This document shows positions 37,410 to 46,726 of a DNA stretch of 63,451 nucleotides, one piece after another. The position numbers and the translations under genes were made by a program. Source of the DNA: a virus (taxonomy: Duplodnaviria > Caudoviricetes). The DNA lies in IMG/VR virus record IMGVR_UViG_3300007960_000021, positions 1-63,451 of that record. One strand, written 5' to 3'. The notes under the pieces were generated by a model that was not told where the DNA came from, made no database searches, and saw nothing but the letters and a program-made list of their open reading frames with translations. Positions within the stretch are counted from its first letter, which is position 1. Each line of letters begins with the position of its first letter.

Positions 37410-40010
37410 ATGCCGGTAGTAGACGTAGGCGTACACCTTGACGACACGTACGCCTGCCTGCACCCAGACGCACTGATTGAAACGACAGTTGCATCCGAGT
37501 GGCCTCAGCACTACTGGCGGCGAGCAAACTCGTACACATGCCAGAGAGGGTTCGCTCCTGGCGTCGCGTACCTGCTCATGGCCAAGCGTGACGTTGATGC
37601 GATCGACAAAAATGCCGCCCACACGATCACGTTCTCTGCCGGTGCGGAGTACGTCCGCCTGGTGAAGATGTACTTCGTCAAGGCGACGTGCATGTCGGGT
37701 CTCATTAGTGAGACAAGCCCATACCTTGTCGAACTGAGGGACTGTCGGGTGCTGTGCGAGATGACCTCGTACAACAAGCGGATCAACGTGAGGCAGTCTC
37801 TCGCGCCAATTGGGTCCGAGACGACGCCCGACCTGTACTACTCGGAGAGCTTGAACAGCGGGGCGCTGTGGACATGGAACACCCTCGTCGCGAACATCTG
37901 GACGACAATGCCATCGGGCGTGACGGCAACCGCTCCGACGTTCCCGGTGACGCCAGAGGGGAGTCCTGAGAATCTTCGCTTTGACGGCTACTCGGCGTGG
38001 GAGGCGCTGAAGGTCGTTCTTCGCGTGAACCAAATGACGCTGGCGTACGATCCGTCAAGCGGTGAGTTTTCGATCGTCAAGCCGGACGACCAGAACGGCG
38101 AAGAGCTTGGCTTGCTTGTCGATGTCCACGGCAGGAGGGTGTATGACTTCGAGCCCATTGAGGGCGACGCCGCCAAGGAGGTAGAGAAGGTTGACGTCGT
38201 GTTTCGCGTCGTTGACAAGTACACCGGCCAGGGGTGGGATCAGTCGAGAGACGATAGATCGTTTGAAGGCGACGTTCACATTGAAACGGTCGCCACTGGA
38301 ATCGCCGGGGCAGTCGTCGGGACACGTCGCATTGTCAGGGACTCGATGCTCGCGATCAAGCTTGAGAACGGGTCGATTGACAATACGAGCGAGCTGTCGT
38401 CGCGGGCAACGCAGTTGGCAGGCGCACTGTACGCAACGCACACGAAGATCAACCGGTACTACGGCCTTGTCACTTCAATCGTGCCCGGCGCTGGCATCGG
38501 CATGGTCCGCTGGCGACAGTACAGCACGCGAAGCCAGCCGAGCGGCGGTGTTGAAGTTGGCGGGATGATAACTGAAATCTCAACTGGCGGCAACGACATT
38601 GCCGCAGAGTTTGGTCGCGACGAACTGCCTCAGGCGAGATGGCCTGACTACCAGCTAGAGACTTATCTCGGCAAGCTGGACGATAACATTGAAGCAATGA
38701 GTGACTCCGACGAGCCTGGCGTCGGAACGGTGAGCATCTACGGCATCGACAAAGACTCGCCGCAGGTCGTGCAGGACATGGGCTGGAACGTAGAGGCGAT
38801 GAATCCGCTTGACATAGACAGAGGGTCCACTGAGTTCTCGCTTCTGCATCGCGATCCGTACAGCAGGCAGTTCATGCTTGGCGCGCCAGGCATGGGAGAC
38901 ATCGACGTCATCTGGTGCAAGCCGTACTCAGGAACATGGGGGAAGGGCCAGCTTGTCTTTCCGTACGAGGAGGTCAGTTCGCCGTACTCGACGACGCTCA
39001 ACGGGCTGCAGTTGACCCAGAGAAAGAACAGGAGATTTAACGCATATCGGTTTGACGAAGTCTGGGCGCAGCACGTAGACGCGAACGGCAATCCATGCAG
39101 GCACCTTCCTGGGATGGCGGGAGTCGCATTGCAGACGGCTGGCAACACGACGGACTACTGGCCGGTTGCGATCGGCGGGGTTGTTCCTGCGATCATCGCG
39201 ACCGAAGACATGGCGATTGCTGGCGTCCGGCCTGAGTGGGCGTACGTTTTTCCTCAGGATCAGGGCGACGTCACTGGGAAGACGACAAGGCCGCCATACC
39301 TGTACGGCTCGCAGTGTCGAGAGTGGTGGAACACTCCGCACTTGAACATCAATGACGGAGCCAACTACCCGATCGACGACAGTTGGTACTTTTCGCAGAC
39401 GCCAAGGGCCAGGATATTGTCTTGGAACAACTGGGACAACGCAACGAACAACCTTGCGACGAGCGTCGATCAGTACAACTGGGCATGGGTTCAGCTTATT
39501 CCTCCGCGAACGAAGTACGGAGTAGAGGTTGCGGTCAATGCGACCAATCAGGACCCGTCGGGATTCACCTACGGCGCTGACCTTGGCGCGAAATACTACG
39601 ACAGTCCTGATGCGATGTTCACGATTGACGGAGACGGGTTCCTTGAGGCGCTTGGCACGTTCCGGGTGAGGCTCAGGTGTGCGATAGACTTGACGTGGAC
39701 TCCAGGCTCCGCCACTGCGAACCAGATCAACATTTACTGGGTCAGGAACAATGCGACAATCTCGGCGATAACAAGCAGCAATCTGATATACGCAAGCAAG
39801 GTCCGCGACGTTGTTACGAGCACCGGGAGCGGCACGTTTTACCTGACGTACCACATGGAACTTGAGCTGTACGTCACGATTGGCGACACGATAACGGTCT
39901 ATCCAACTGACGGCAGTGACATCGAGATAGACTACTTGATCGTTCAGGCCGAGCACGTAGACGAGCTTGTGACGCCTGGGTGTACGCAGATTTGGCTCAA
40001 TCCTCCGTAG
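37410..40010 (+). CDS. Putative tail tip/baseplate hub protein
   Basis: 866 aa; YLVELRDCR and PENLRFDGYSAWEALKVVL...LAYDP hub-like N-terminus; beta-rich C-terminus. Confidence 0.5.
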   Translation: MPVVDVGVHLDDTYACLHPDALIETTVASEWPQHYWRRANSYTCQRGFAPGVAYLLMAKRDVDAIDKNAAHTITFSAGAEYVRLVKMYFVKATCMSGLISETSPYLVELRDCRVLCEMTSYNKRINVRQSLAPIGSETTPDLYYSESLNSGALWTWNTLVANIWTTMPSGVTATAPTFPVTPEGSPENLRFDGYSAWEALKVVLRVNQMTLAYDPSSGEFSIVKPDDQNGEELGLLVDVHGRRVYDFEPIEGDAAKEVEKVDVVFRVVDKYTGQGWDQSRDDRSFEGDVHIETVATGIAGAVVGTRRIVRDSMLAIKLENGSIDNTSELSSRATQLAGALYATHTKINRYYGLVTSIVPGAGIGMVRWRQYSTRSQPSGGVEVGGMITEISTGGNDIAAEFGRDELPQARWPDYQLETYLGKLDDNIEAMSDSDEPGVGTVSIYGIDKDSPQVVQDMGWNVEAMNPLDIDRGSTEFSLLHRDPYSRQFMLGAPGMGDIDVIWCKPYSGTWGKGQLVFPYEEVSSPYSTTLNGLQLTQRKNRRFNAYRFDEVWAQHVDANGNPCRHLPGMAGVALQTAGNTTDYWPVAIGGVVPAIIATEDMAIAGVRPEWAYVFPQDQGDVTGKTTRPPYLYGSQCREWWNTPHLNINDGANYPIDDSWYFSQTPRARILSWNNWDNATNNLATSVDQYNWAWVQLIPPRTKYGVEVAVNATNQDPSGFTYGADLGAKYYDSPDAMFTIDGDGFLEALGTFRVRLRCAIDLTWTPGSATANQINIYWVRNNATISAITSSNLIYASKVRDVVTSTGSGTFYLTYHMELELYVTIGDTITVYPTDGSDIEIDYLIVQAEHVDELVTPGCTQIWLNPP
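37699..37714 (+). repeat. 16-bp palindrome, 1-mismatch copy inside CDS
   Basis: GTCTCATTAGTGAGAC. Confidence 0.85.
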
Positions 40011-40076
40011 TTGACACTGCGGCAGCAATCAATGATTATTACGTTGTAAGTACCCCATCCTTTTTCGGAGAGTGAC

Positions 40077-40430
40077 ATGAGCGATCGAAAAGAGGTTGTC
40101 GAGAGTATTGTGCTTGGAGTCGCGCATGGACGTGCAAGCGCGCTTCCCAACAAGAAGTTCAGCTTCGCCGAACTGCTTGGCGTTCTTCGGTCGGTGCTGG
40201 AGGACGGGCGGATTGACCAGGGGGACAAGCCGGTCCTGACAAAGGCCATGCAGTCCGCATTTGACAAGTACGTCCGCGACTACGACATCCCGTTCATTCC
40301 GAACGTGATCGAGCCGTGGGTTGACGACGCGCTGTACGCGGCGATTCCGGCGATCGTTGGGGCGGCTCTGAATAGCATCTTGCCTCAGGCTGTCGAGGCG
40401 CCGAAGGGATTTCCGCCGATGGGAAGCTGA
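40077..40430 (+). CDS. Hypothetical protein (possible lysis-cassette member)
   Basis: GGAG RBS; DIPFIPNVIEPWVD motif; hydrophobic C-terminus. Confidence 0.55.
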   Translation: MSDRKEVVESIVLGVAHGRASALPNKKFSFAELLGVLRSVLEDGRIDQGDKPVLTKAMQSAFDKYVRDYDIPFIPNVIEPWVDDALYAAIPAIVGAALNSILPQAVEAPKGFPPMGS

Positions 40431-40467
40431 GCAACGCAGCCAACCGCCACCTGACGAGGGCAGAAGC

Positions 40468-41289
40468 ATGAGCCAGTTGATTTGCGGAGTCACCCCGGCA
40501 CAGTCCCGCATGGCAGCGCAGCAGCGGTGCCAGTGGGATCGGGGGTACGAGATTAAGTGGGCCGTTGAGTCGTACGTACCTGGGTTAGACCAGGACGAGC
40601 AAGAGCGGCTGCATACCGAGTCGTACGAAGAGTGGATGAGCGTCTGCGGCGTGTTGTTCAAGCGGGTCCGAATGCAGGACCGGCCGAACATCATTATTCG
40701 CCATCGCAAGATTGACGGACCTCAGGGCGTCCTGGCGCAGCACTACATGCCGTGCGGAAAGCCGAATCCTGAGACGGTCTTGCCTCACGAGATCGACGAA
40801 AGCGAAAGCTGGAGCACGCAGAAGAGTCCTCCTCGCGGTCAAATTTCATTCTACCATGTCGTGAGGCACGAGACTGGGCACGGGCTTGGTTCTCCGCACA
40901 TCGAGGACCCCGAAGTCGTCGCTGTGATGAACCCGTACTACAACGTGGCTCTGGCGGTCTTGCAACCGGGCGACATTCAAGAAGGCTTGATTCGGTACGG
41001 AGAGGCAAAGGTCGCTCCTGACGAGCCGGGCACGGACGATGCCGCCTGCGAGTTGACCAAGTGCCTGAAGTCGCTTGGCATCGTTGATTCGCGATCTGAG
41101 CGGGCAATCGGTATTGCAAGGCAGCGAATCACGGAAGAGTGCGTCAAGCTGATATTCGGCTCGCTGTTCCCGAAGAGCGTTGGAGTTCGCATTCCACCTG
41201 CGGTTGTCGAGGCAGTGCAGGACCTGTCGAATCCGGTGAACGCGGCACTTGTCCGCGAGTTCATCGAGCATCCGGAGGCTTATCAATGA
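40468..41289 (+). CDS. Matrixin/M10-like zinc metallopeptidase
   Basis: DGPQGVLAQH, HETGHGLGSPH (HExxHxxGxxH), Met-turn VMNPYY. Confidence 0.88.
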   Translation: MSQLICGVTPAQSRMAAQQRCQWDRGYEIKWAVESYVPGLDQDEQERLHTESYEEWMSVCGVLFKRVRMQDRPNIIIRHRKIDGPQGVLAQHYMPCGKPNPETVLPHEIDESESWSTQKSPPRGQISFYHVVRHETGHGLGSPHIEDPEVVAVMNPYYNVALAVLQPGDIQEGLIRYGEAKVAPDEPGTDDAACELTKCLKSLGIVDSRSERAIGIARQRITEECVKLIFGSLFPKSVGVRIPPAVVEAVQDLSNPVNAALVREFIEHPEAYQ

Positions 41290-43103
41290 CAGCGTATGCG
41301 ATGGCGTGGCTCCTGTTGTCGAGTGTCCAAAATCCATTGCTCCTTGCGTGCGTTCCGGCTCCGCATATCGCGGACTCTGTTCCTGTCGTTCTCGCCGACA
41401 CTGAGCAGCAGGGGGCGACGTTCTTTCGGTACGTCTGGATTCCGATTGATCCCGATCCGGCAAAGGCGACTCGGCAGATATCCGCCGCCGCCATGGCTGG
41501 GCATCAAATACTCAATCATTCAGGAACGGAGCAGTCTGGCACGTATCTTGGAAACGGTGTCTATCGCTATGACCTTGCAGTCATGGCTGGCGGGGACCCT
41601 GACGTGCTCTCGGACCTTGTGGCGACATGGAACAGGTTTGGCGGCGTCGGTGTCGGCAAGGACGATCACGAGCCGTTCACCTTGACGAATGCCCAGCAGG
41701 TCGGCGAGGGCACTGGCGTCGTAAAGGTGATTGCGGCACCGCTTGTGTGGGCCGTCGGCCTTGACGAGAAGGATGCCAAAGTCACGCTGTCAAGCGGAAC
41801 GAGGCAGATCAGGCTTGTCACTGGAACGACGGTCAGTCTGGCCAAGCCGTGGGATTCATTCAAGGACGCATGTGCGATCGTTATTGACGGGCAGCTTGCA
41901 ATGGTCCCGAAAACCGCACTTGTCGCACTGACGACTCCGTCGGCGGTAAGGGTGCCAGCTCCGTACATGGGCGCAGAGTACGGCGTCATCATGGAGAGGA
42001 CCGCTTGTGCCGCACCGATTGTCCACTTCGGCGAGTTCGTCTCTCGCGGCGTCAGCCAGACTGACGGTCTTGGCTTGTGGTATGCGTTCAGGAGGATCAA
42101 GAAGTCGCCTGACCCGAAGGTGACGGACTTCGACTACATCCTGTCGCAGCTTTCAGGGACGACTCTCGATGAAGTTCGCCGTCGCCGAAAGGTCCAGCTT
42201 GCAATTGTCACGCCGTCAAAGGTTGTTCTCAATGAGGGTGAGCGGGCGGTCTGGCTTTACAGCGGTCTCGCTGTGCCTGGGAGGAATCAGGGCCTCGTCG
42301 GGATCACCGGAGACGCCCGCGTTGGCAGGCCGAACCACGAACTGCCAGTTGCCACGCTTGACGAGTTCAAGCCTGACGCGATGGAGGTATTCGTTGAGGG
42401 AGTGACTCTTGTTACTTTGCTGTTCAGCGGGTACGACAAAAACACTGGCGAGTTCCTCGGAGAACTGCAGGACTTCGCTCCTGACAACATTGCAGCGGAT
42501 CACTCGGCGCCTCTCTCTTACGATCGTCGCATAGACGGGTGGCTTGACTGTGTCGGCTGCCACTGCATTCACAACGATCAGCCTGGCCCATGGTTAGAGT
42601 TGACAAGCTCGATCGGCGACATGCTCAGGAACGGAGAGACGAACCTGACGACCGTCGCCGGACTGAAGGACCCCAAGCTGCTCGATAGGCTCAATGGCGA
42701 ACTGACTCCGAGGTACGCCAAGCCGCTTAGGCGAGCCAATGACGACTTCAACGAAAGTCTGCATTTGCTCACTGGAGACCCTGGCGTGCTTGAAGAGGGG
42801 GAGACGACTGCGAAGCGTCATATCGGCCAGCTTCTGCAGATGTGGAATTACCATTCCAGAAGCACTGTCGATGCGAGGAAGGCACTGCTTCACGCTGGGA
42901 TCGACGCGCCAAAGGAGATTGCCCCATCGGTCGTCGCGTCCCTGTTTGCGCAAGTCCCTGGTCAGGTGCGATACATAGACGCGCTGGCATCTGGCCGCTC
43001 GATTCCGGCGACTGCGTTCAAGGCAATAGCTGTTGATTTCCTGTCACAGACCTACGAGGCTAGGTCGGCCATGCTTAGTGTTCCACAAGGAGTTGAAAAA
43101 TGA
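41286..43103 (+). CDS. Exported protein with CxxCH putative heme-binding motif
   Basis: Hydrophobic N-terminus; LDCVGCH; ATGA-coupled to the peptidase. Confidence 0.6.
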   Translation: MTAYAMAWLLLSSVQNPLLLACVPAPHIADSVPVVLADTEQQGATFFRYVWIPIDPDPAKATRQISAAAMAGHQILNHSGTEQSGTYLGNGVYRYDLAVMAGGDPDVLSDLVATWNRFGGVGVGKDDHEPFTLTNAQQVGEGTGVVKVIAAPLVWAVGLDEKDAKVTLSSGTRQIRLVTGTTVSLAKPWDSFKDACAIVIDGQLAMVPKTALVALTTPSAVRVPAPYMGAEYGVIMERTACAAPIVHFGEFVSRGVSQTDGLGLWYAFRRIKKSPDPKVTDFDYILSQLSGTTLDEVRRRRKVQLAIVTPSKVVLNEGERAVWLYSGLAVPGRNQGLVGITGDARVGRPNHELPVATLDEFKPDAMEVFVEGVTLVTLLFSGYDKNTGEFLGELQDFAPDNIAADHSAPLSYDRRIDGWLDCVGCHCIHNDQPGPWLELTSSIGDMLRNGETNLTTVAGLKDPKLLDRLNGELTPRYAKPLRRANDDFNESLHLLTGDPGVLEEGETTAKRHIGQLLQMWNYHSRSTVDARKALLHAGIDAPKEIAPSVVASLFAQVPGQVRYIDALASGRSIPATAFKAIAVDFLSQTYEARSAMLSVPQGVEK

Positions 43104-44212
43104 AGGGCAGACTGGCGATTGTCATTGTGGCGTGCGCGCTGAGTCAGACGTGCGATCCGCATGTCCTACCGGCATCGGAACCGTACACGCTCGTTGACGC
43201 AAGTATCAATCTTTGGCAGGGTGCCGACGGCAACTACTACTCGAAGGAGAAGTACAAGGTTGCGATTCGGCGATGCTCGTACGGTTGCCGATACAGTTGC
43301 AGTCACTGCTACACGACGTACGAGTGGAGGTATCGCTGGACGAAGGTTGACACGGCACCGTCGTACTCGTCGTACAAAAAGCCGGTGGCATCCTCGTACA
43401 CATGGAAGGATCGGTTCATTGACGCCGAGGCGGCTGCGGAAGAGACGAGGGCGTTCTCTTCGCTGATGGCCCGAAAGATGGAGCGCGACGGCCTGCAGTA
43501 CGGGCAGCAGGGCTACGCACAGCAGGGCTACCAGCAGCAATTTGGCTATGCGTCGAATGCGATCACGACGCAGAGCATTTACGGATTTCCGCCGACTGCG
43601 GGAACGTACGCTGGAGTCTACTCGCGGCCGGGATTGCAAGCCCAGGTTGACATGCAGACGGCGGCTCGCTTGGCGACCCAAGCGGGAGAGGTACACAAGT
43701 CGGCCGTATCCGATGTAATGGGCGTCCTGGCGTTGATTGCGCAGTACAACGGAGAGACCAATCGCCAACTGTCGATCAATGAGAGAGACCTTGGCATTGC
43801 GGCGTTGCTGTCGCAGGGGCTGGCGCAGATCGCGACGAGACCTGAGTCTCATACGAGCCAGACAGTCCAGCAGACTGCCCCTACGCAGCAAACGGCACCG
43901 ACCGGGCCGTCGCCGCAGGTGAGTCAGCCTGACGGGATGCTGAACGCAAGTCAGCAGGCGACTCTCAATGCCGCGTCAGCTATAGTGTCGCAGAATTGCG
44001 CAGGATGCCACAGTGGAACCGACGCGCCGAAGGGGCTGCTTCTTACCGACTGGAGCGCACTGTCGCTCGACCAGAAGCGGAAGTGCCTCATTGCGGTGAA
44101 GTCGGGAGCAATGCCGATCGACGCCAGCACAAAAGAGCCTGCGCCACTGACAGACGCCGATATTAGGACGCTCGAAAATGCCACCTTGATATCCGCCGCA
44201 TTTGGTGGTTAA
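43100..44212 (+). CDS. Exported protein with C-terminal c-type cytochrome-like domain
   Basis: Signal-like MKGRLAIVIVACAL; NCAGCHSG...PKGL...SGAMP (possible distal Met)...LTDADIRTL. Confidence 0.7.
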   Translation: MKGRLAIVIVACALSQTCDPHVLPASEPYTLVDASINLWQGADGNYYSKEKYKVAIRRCSYGCRYSCSHCYTTYEWRYRWTKVDTAPSYSSYKKPVASSYTWKDRFIDAEAAAEETRAFSSLMARKMERDGLQYGQQGYAQQGYQQQFGYASNAITTQSIYGFPPTAGTYAGVYSRPGLQAQVDMQTAARLATQAGEVHKSAVSDVMGVLALIAQYNGETNRQLSINERDLGIAALLSQGLAQIATRPESHTSQTVQQTAPTQQTAPTGPSPQVSQPDGMLNASQQATLNAASAIVSQNCAGCHSGTDAPKGLLLTDWSALSLDQKRKCLIAVKSGAMPIDASTKEPAPLTDADIRTLENATLISAAFGG

Positions 44213-44277
44213 ATAGTAGTCGAATCGCCCCACGCGAACGCAGATTGTTTCAGGCACTTTCACACAAGGAGACTTCC

Positions 44278-44589
44278 ATGAAACCGAAGCATCGCATCAT
44301 GCTCATTGCCCTTGCTGTCATTGGGCTGCTCGCGTTCCTGCCGATTGGGTCGGCCGACGCATGTCCGTATGGCTCGGCCGGTCTCGCCTTCGGGTATGGG
44401 TACTCGCCTCCGGCTCAGCAGTTCGGGTTTGTTGCCCCCGCTGGCTTCGCCTACGCCCCTCCGGTCGCCCAGTTTCAATTCAGGGCGCAGCCTATCCACC
44501 ACGCTCCGCGAGTGCAGTTCAACTTTGCTCCGCAACCGCGAGAGATCGTGTTTGGCCCCTTTGGGCGTGTTCGTCGAATCCGAAACTAA
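44278..44589 (+). CDS. Small exported Pro/Phe/Gln-rich protein
   Basis: AAGGAG RBS; signal peptide ending ADA-C. Confidence 0.65.
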   Translation: MKPKHRIMLIALAVIGLLAFLPIGSADACPYGSAGLAFGYGYSPPAQQFGFVAPAGFAYAPPVAQFQFRAQPIHHAPRVQFNFAPQPREIVFGPFGRVRRIRN

Positions 44590-44592
44590 GTC

Positions 44593-44608
44593 GTCTCATT
44601 ACTGAGAC
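44593..44608 (+). repeat. 16-bp palindrome, perfect copy, intergenic
   Basis: Exact match. Confidence 0.95.
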
Positions 44609-44659
44609 GCTGTCGCAAAACCTTTAGACGATGCGAAGTTTTGTTTGAGGCTGGAGATG

Positions 44660-44695
44660 AGCCGCCGATCGGGAAACCGGTCGGCGGCTTTTTTT
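44660..44695 (+). terminator. Intrinsic terminator ending the late block
   Basis: AGCCGCCGATCGG-GAAA-CCGGTCGGCGGCT plus T-tract. Confidence 0.88.
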
Positions 44696-44706
44696 ATTTT
44701 CCCCTG

Positions 44707-44735
44707 TTGACAGGAAATTAAACGCCTGGTTTAAT
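44707..44735 (+). promoter_or_regulatory. Sigma70 promoter with overlapping operator-like inverted repeat
   Basis: TTGACA-N17-TTTAAT with extended TG; ATTAAAC-GCCTG-GTTTAAT at 44717-44735. Confidence 0.75.
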
Positions 44736-44773
44736 AGCTGTAGGTAGTCGCGGGTAGCTCGGAGGTAACGACA

Positions 44774-44980
44774 ATGGGGGAAGCGAATGCGAAGTCTATG
44801 GCGGCGAAAATCGTGGCGGCTATGAGGCGGTCGAAGGTCAGGCCGGGGGAGCTTGCTGACAGGATTGGCGTGACTCCGCAATACGTCTCTTACTTGAGGT
44901 CTGGAAAGCGTAGGCCGTCTCTTGAAATGCTCGGCAAGATCGCAAAGGAACTTGGCGTGGAAATGGGGGAATTGCTGTGA
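44774..44980 (+). CDS. Cro/CI-like XRE HTH regulator
   Basis: ELADRIGVTPQYVSYLRSGKRRPSLEMLGKIAKELGV; GGAGGT RBS. Confidence 0.88.
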   Translation: MGEANAKSMAAKIVAAMRRSKVRPGELADRIGVTPQYVSYLRSGKRRPSLEMLGKIAKELGVEMGELL

Positions 44981-45918
44981 TAGGTATGCGTGTAGGCGAA
45001 GAGCTTCCGGAAGACGGAATCCGCGAGGGGTTCGCGTGGGACGAATACAGGAAGTTGAACGCGATGAACGCGACGACTCTCCTGTGGGGGCTGAACTCGA
45101 TGCAGCACTTGAAGGCTGCAATCGACGGGACGCTAGATAGAAAGGAGACGCCCGCGCTGGCGTTCGGGAAGGCTCTGCATTGCAGGCTTCTGGAGCCGTC
45201 TCTGTACAAGACTCTCTATACCGTCGCGGAGCCGTGCTCGGCTCGGTTGAAGTCGGGGAGGCGGGCTGGCGAGCCATGCGGAGCATCGGGGTCATATACT
45301 GACGGGTCACGGTGGTACTGCGGGACGCACAAGACGCTGTCGTCTTACGAGCCGACTGACGTCATATCTGCAACGGACTCGGCCTCGATTGAGGCGATCT
45401 ACCGCGCAGTGAGGAATCACAAGGTAGTGAACCTCATTCGGCAGCACGGAGGCTACGAGGTCACTGCGGTCGCCGCAATGCGCGGAGTCAAGTTCAAGAT
45501 TCGGCTCGACAAGCTGATACTTGACGGAAACTGTCCGCCAAGCATCGTCGATCTAAAAAAGACGACGGTGGGCGGTGCGGCCATCCAGAAGTTCGAGCGA
45601 TCTGTTGACAAGTACAACTACGACGTTCGGGCGGCGATGTACGTTGACGTAATAAAAGCGCTGACCGGAAAGCTGTGTCATTTCATTTGGGTCGTCGTAG
45701 AAGATGGATTCCCGCACGGCATCAACGTGATCCATGCAGACCTTGACACCATTCGAGTAGGGAGGGCGAAGTATCGCGGGCTGACTGACGACTTCCTGCG
45801 GTGTGTAGAGGCGGACGATTGGCCGGGGTACACGAACGACATCATCCCTGGCGGTCTCAGCAAGTGGGGGCGAAGAGAGTATGGCGAAATGTTGGCTGGC
45901 AGCGAGTTCCTAGAATAG
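44977..45918 (+). CDS. RecE/ExoVIII-like PD-(D/E)XK exonuclease
   Basis: TPALAFGKALHCRLLEP...KIRLDKL...IVDLKKT...YNYDVRAAMY; adjacent to RecT. Confidence 0.85.
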   Translation: MIGMRVGEELPEDGIREGFAWDEYRKLNAMNATTLLWGLNSMQHLKAAIDGTLDRKETPALAFGKALHCRLLEPSLYKTLYTVAEPCSARLKSGRRAGEPCGASGSYTDGSRWYCGTHKTLSSYEPTDVISATDSASIEAIYRAVRNHKVVNLIRQHGGYEVTAVAAMRGVKFKIRLDKLILDGNCPPSIVDLKKTTVGGAAIQKFERSVDKYNYDVRAAMYVDVIKALTGKLCHFIWVVVEDGFPHGINVIHADLDTIRVGRAKYRGLTDDFLRCVEADDWPGYTNDIIPGGLSKWGRREYGEMLAGSEFLE

Positions 45919-45928
45919 GGGTAGTGCG

Positions 45929-46726
45929 ATGGCAAAGAAAAAGCTGGACCTTCCAGCTTGCAAGAGCGACCTAGCAGAATTCGTCGCTGTGAATATCAGC
46001 AAGATTCTGCAGTTCCTTGATCCGCGAATAGACCAGGGCGTCTTCGCCGGGTCATTGATCGTCGCGGTGAACGAACTGAGAGGCTCGCGGGACACGATCG
46101 ACGAGGCGTCGGTTATGAGGTCGGCCGCGAACGCCGCGAGGCTTGGCCTTCCGCCTGGAGGCTCAGCCGGTCTGTGCTTCCTTATCGCAAGGAGAAACAG
46201 GGAGTTTCCGAAGAAGGTCTGCACTCTTGAGATAGGCTACAAGGGCTATCTCGACATTGCGTTCACGAACGACTACCTAAAGTTCGTTTACGCAGATGTG
46301 GTGTTTGAAGGGGAGGAGTTCGAGCGGTGGGTCGATGAAACAGGCCCGAAGATTCGGCACAAGCCTAATCTTGACCGCGACGACCTGAACCCCGCGCAGG
46401 TCCGCAAGCTGTATCGCGGTGCGTATTGCATCTGGGAGACGACGCTAGGCGGGCACTGCAATGAGTGGGTCAATCGAAAGCGGATCGAGGCCGTAGATAC
46501 CCACGAAAATGTCTGGAAGTCTGATCCCTACTCGATGATACGGAAGACTCCCGTCAGGCGGGCGTCGAAGTTCTGGAAGATGACGGACAGGCTCGCCCTG
46601 GCGTTGCGAATCGACGGGGAGAATGACGAGTTTAGCGATGGCGCGGCCCCTCTCGACGCTCCTGTCGATGATGGGCCTGGTTTTTCACTTAACGACCTGG
46701 AGGCTGGCGAAGATGAAAATGACTGA
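45929..46726 (+). CDS. recT: RecT-family recombinase (single-strand annealing)
   Basis: AARLGLPP...CFLI...LEIGYKGYL...VVFEGEEF...MIRKTPVRRASK. Confidence 0.85.
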   Translation: MAKKKLDLPACKSDLAEFVAVNISKILQFLDPRIDQGVFAGSLIVAVNELRGSRDTIDEASVMRSAANAARLGLPPGGSAGLCFLIARRNREFPKKVCTLEIGYKGYLDIAFTNDYLKFVYADVVFEGEEFERWVDETGPKIRHKPNLDRDDLNPAQVRKLYRGAYCIWETTLGGHCNEWVNRKRIEAVDTHENVWKSDPYSMIRKTPVRRASKFWKMTDRLALALRIDGENDEFSDGAAPLDAPVDDGPGFSLNDLEAGEDEND

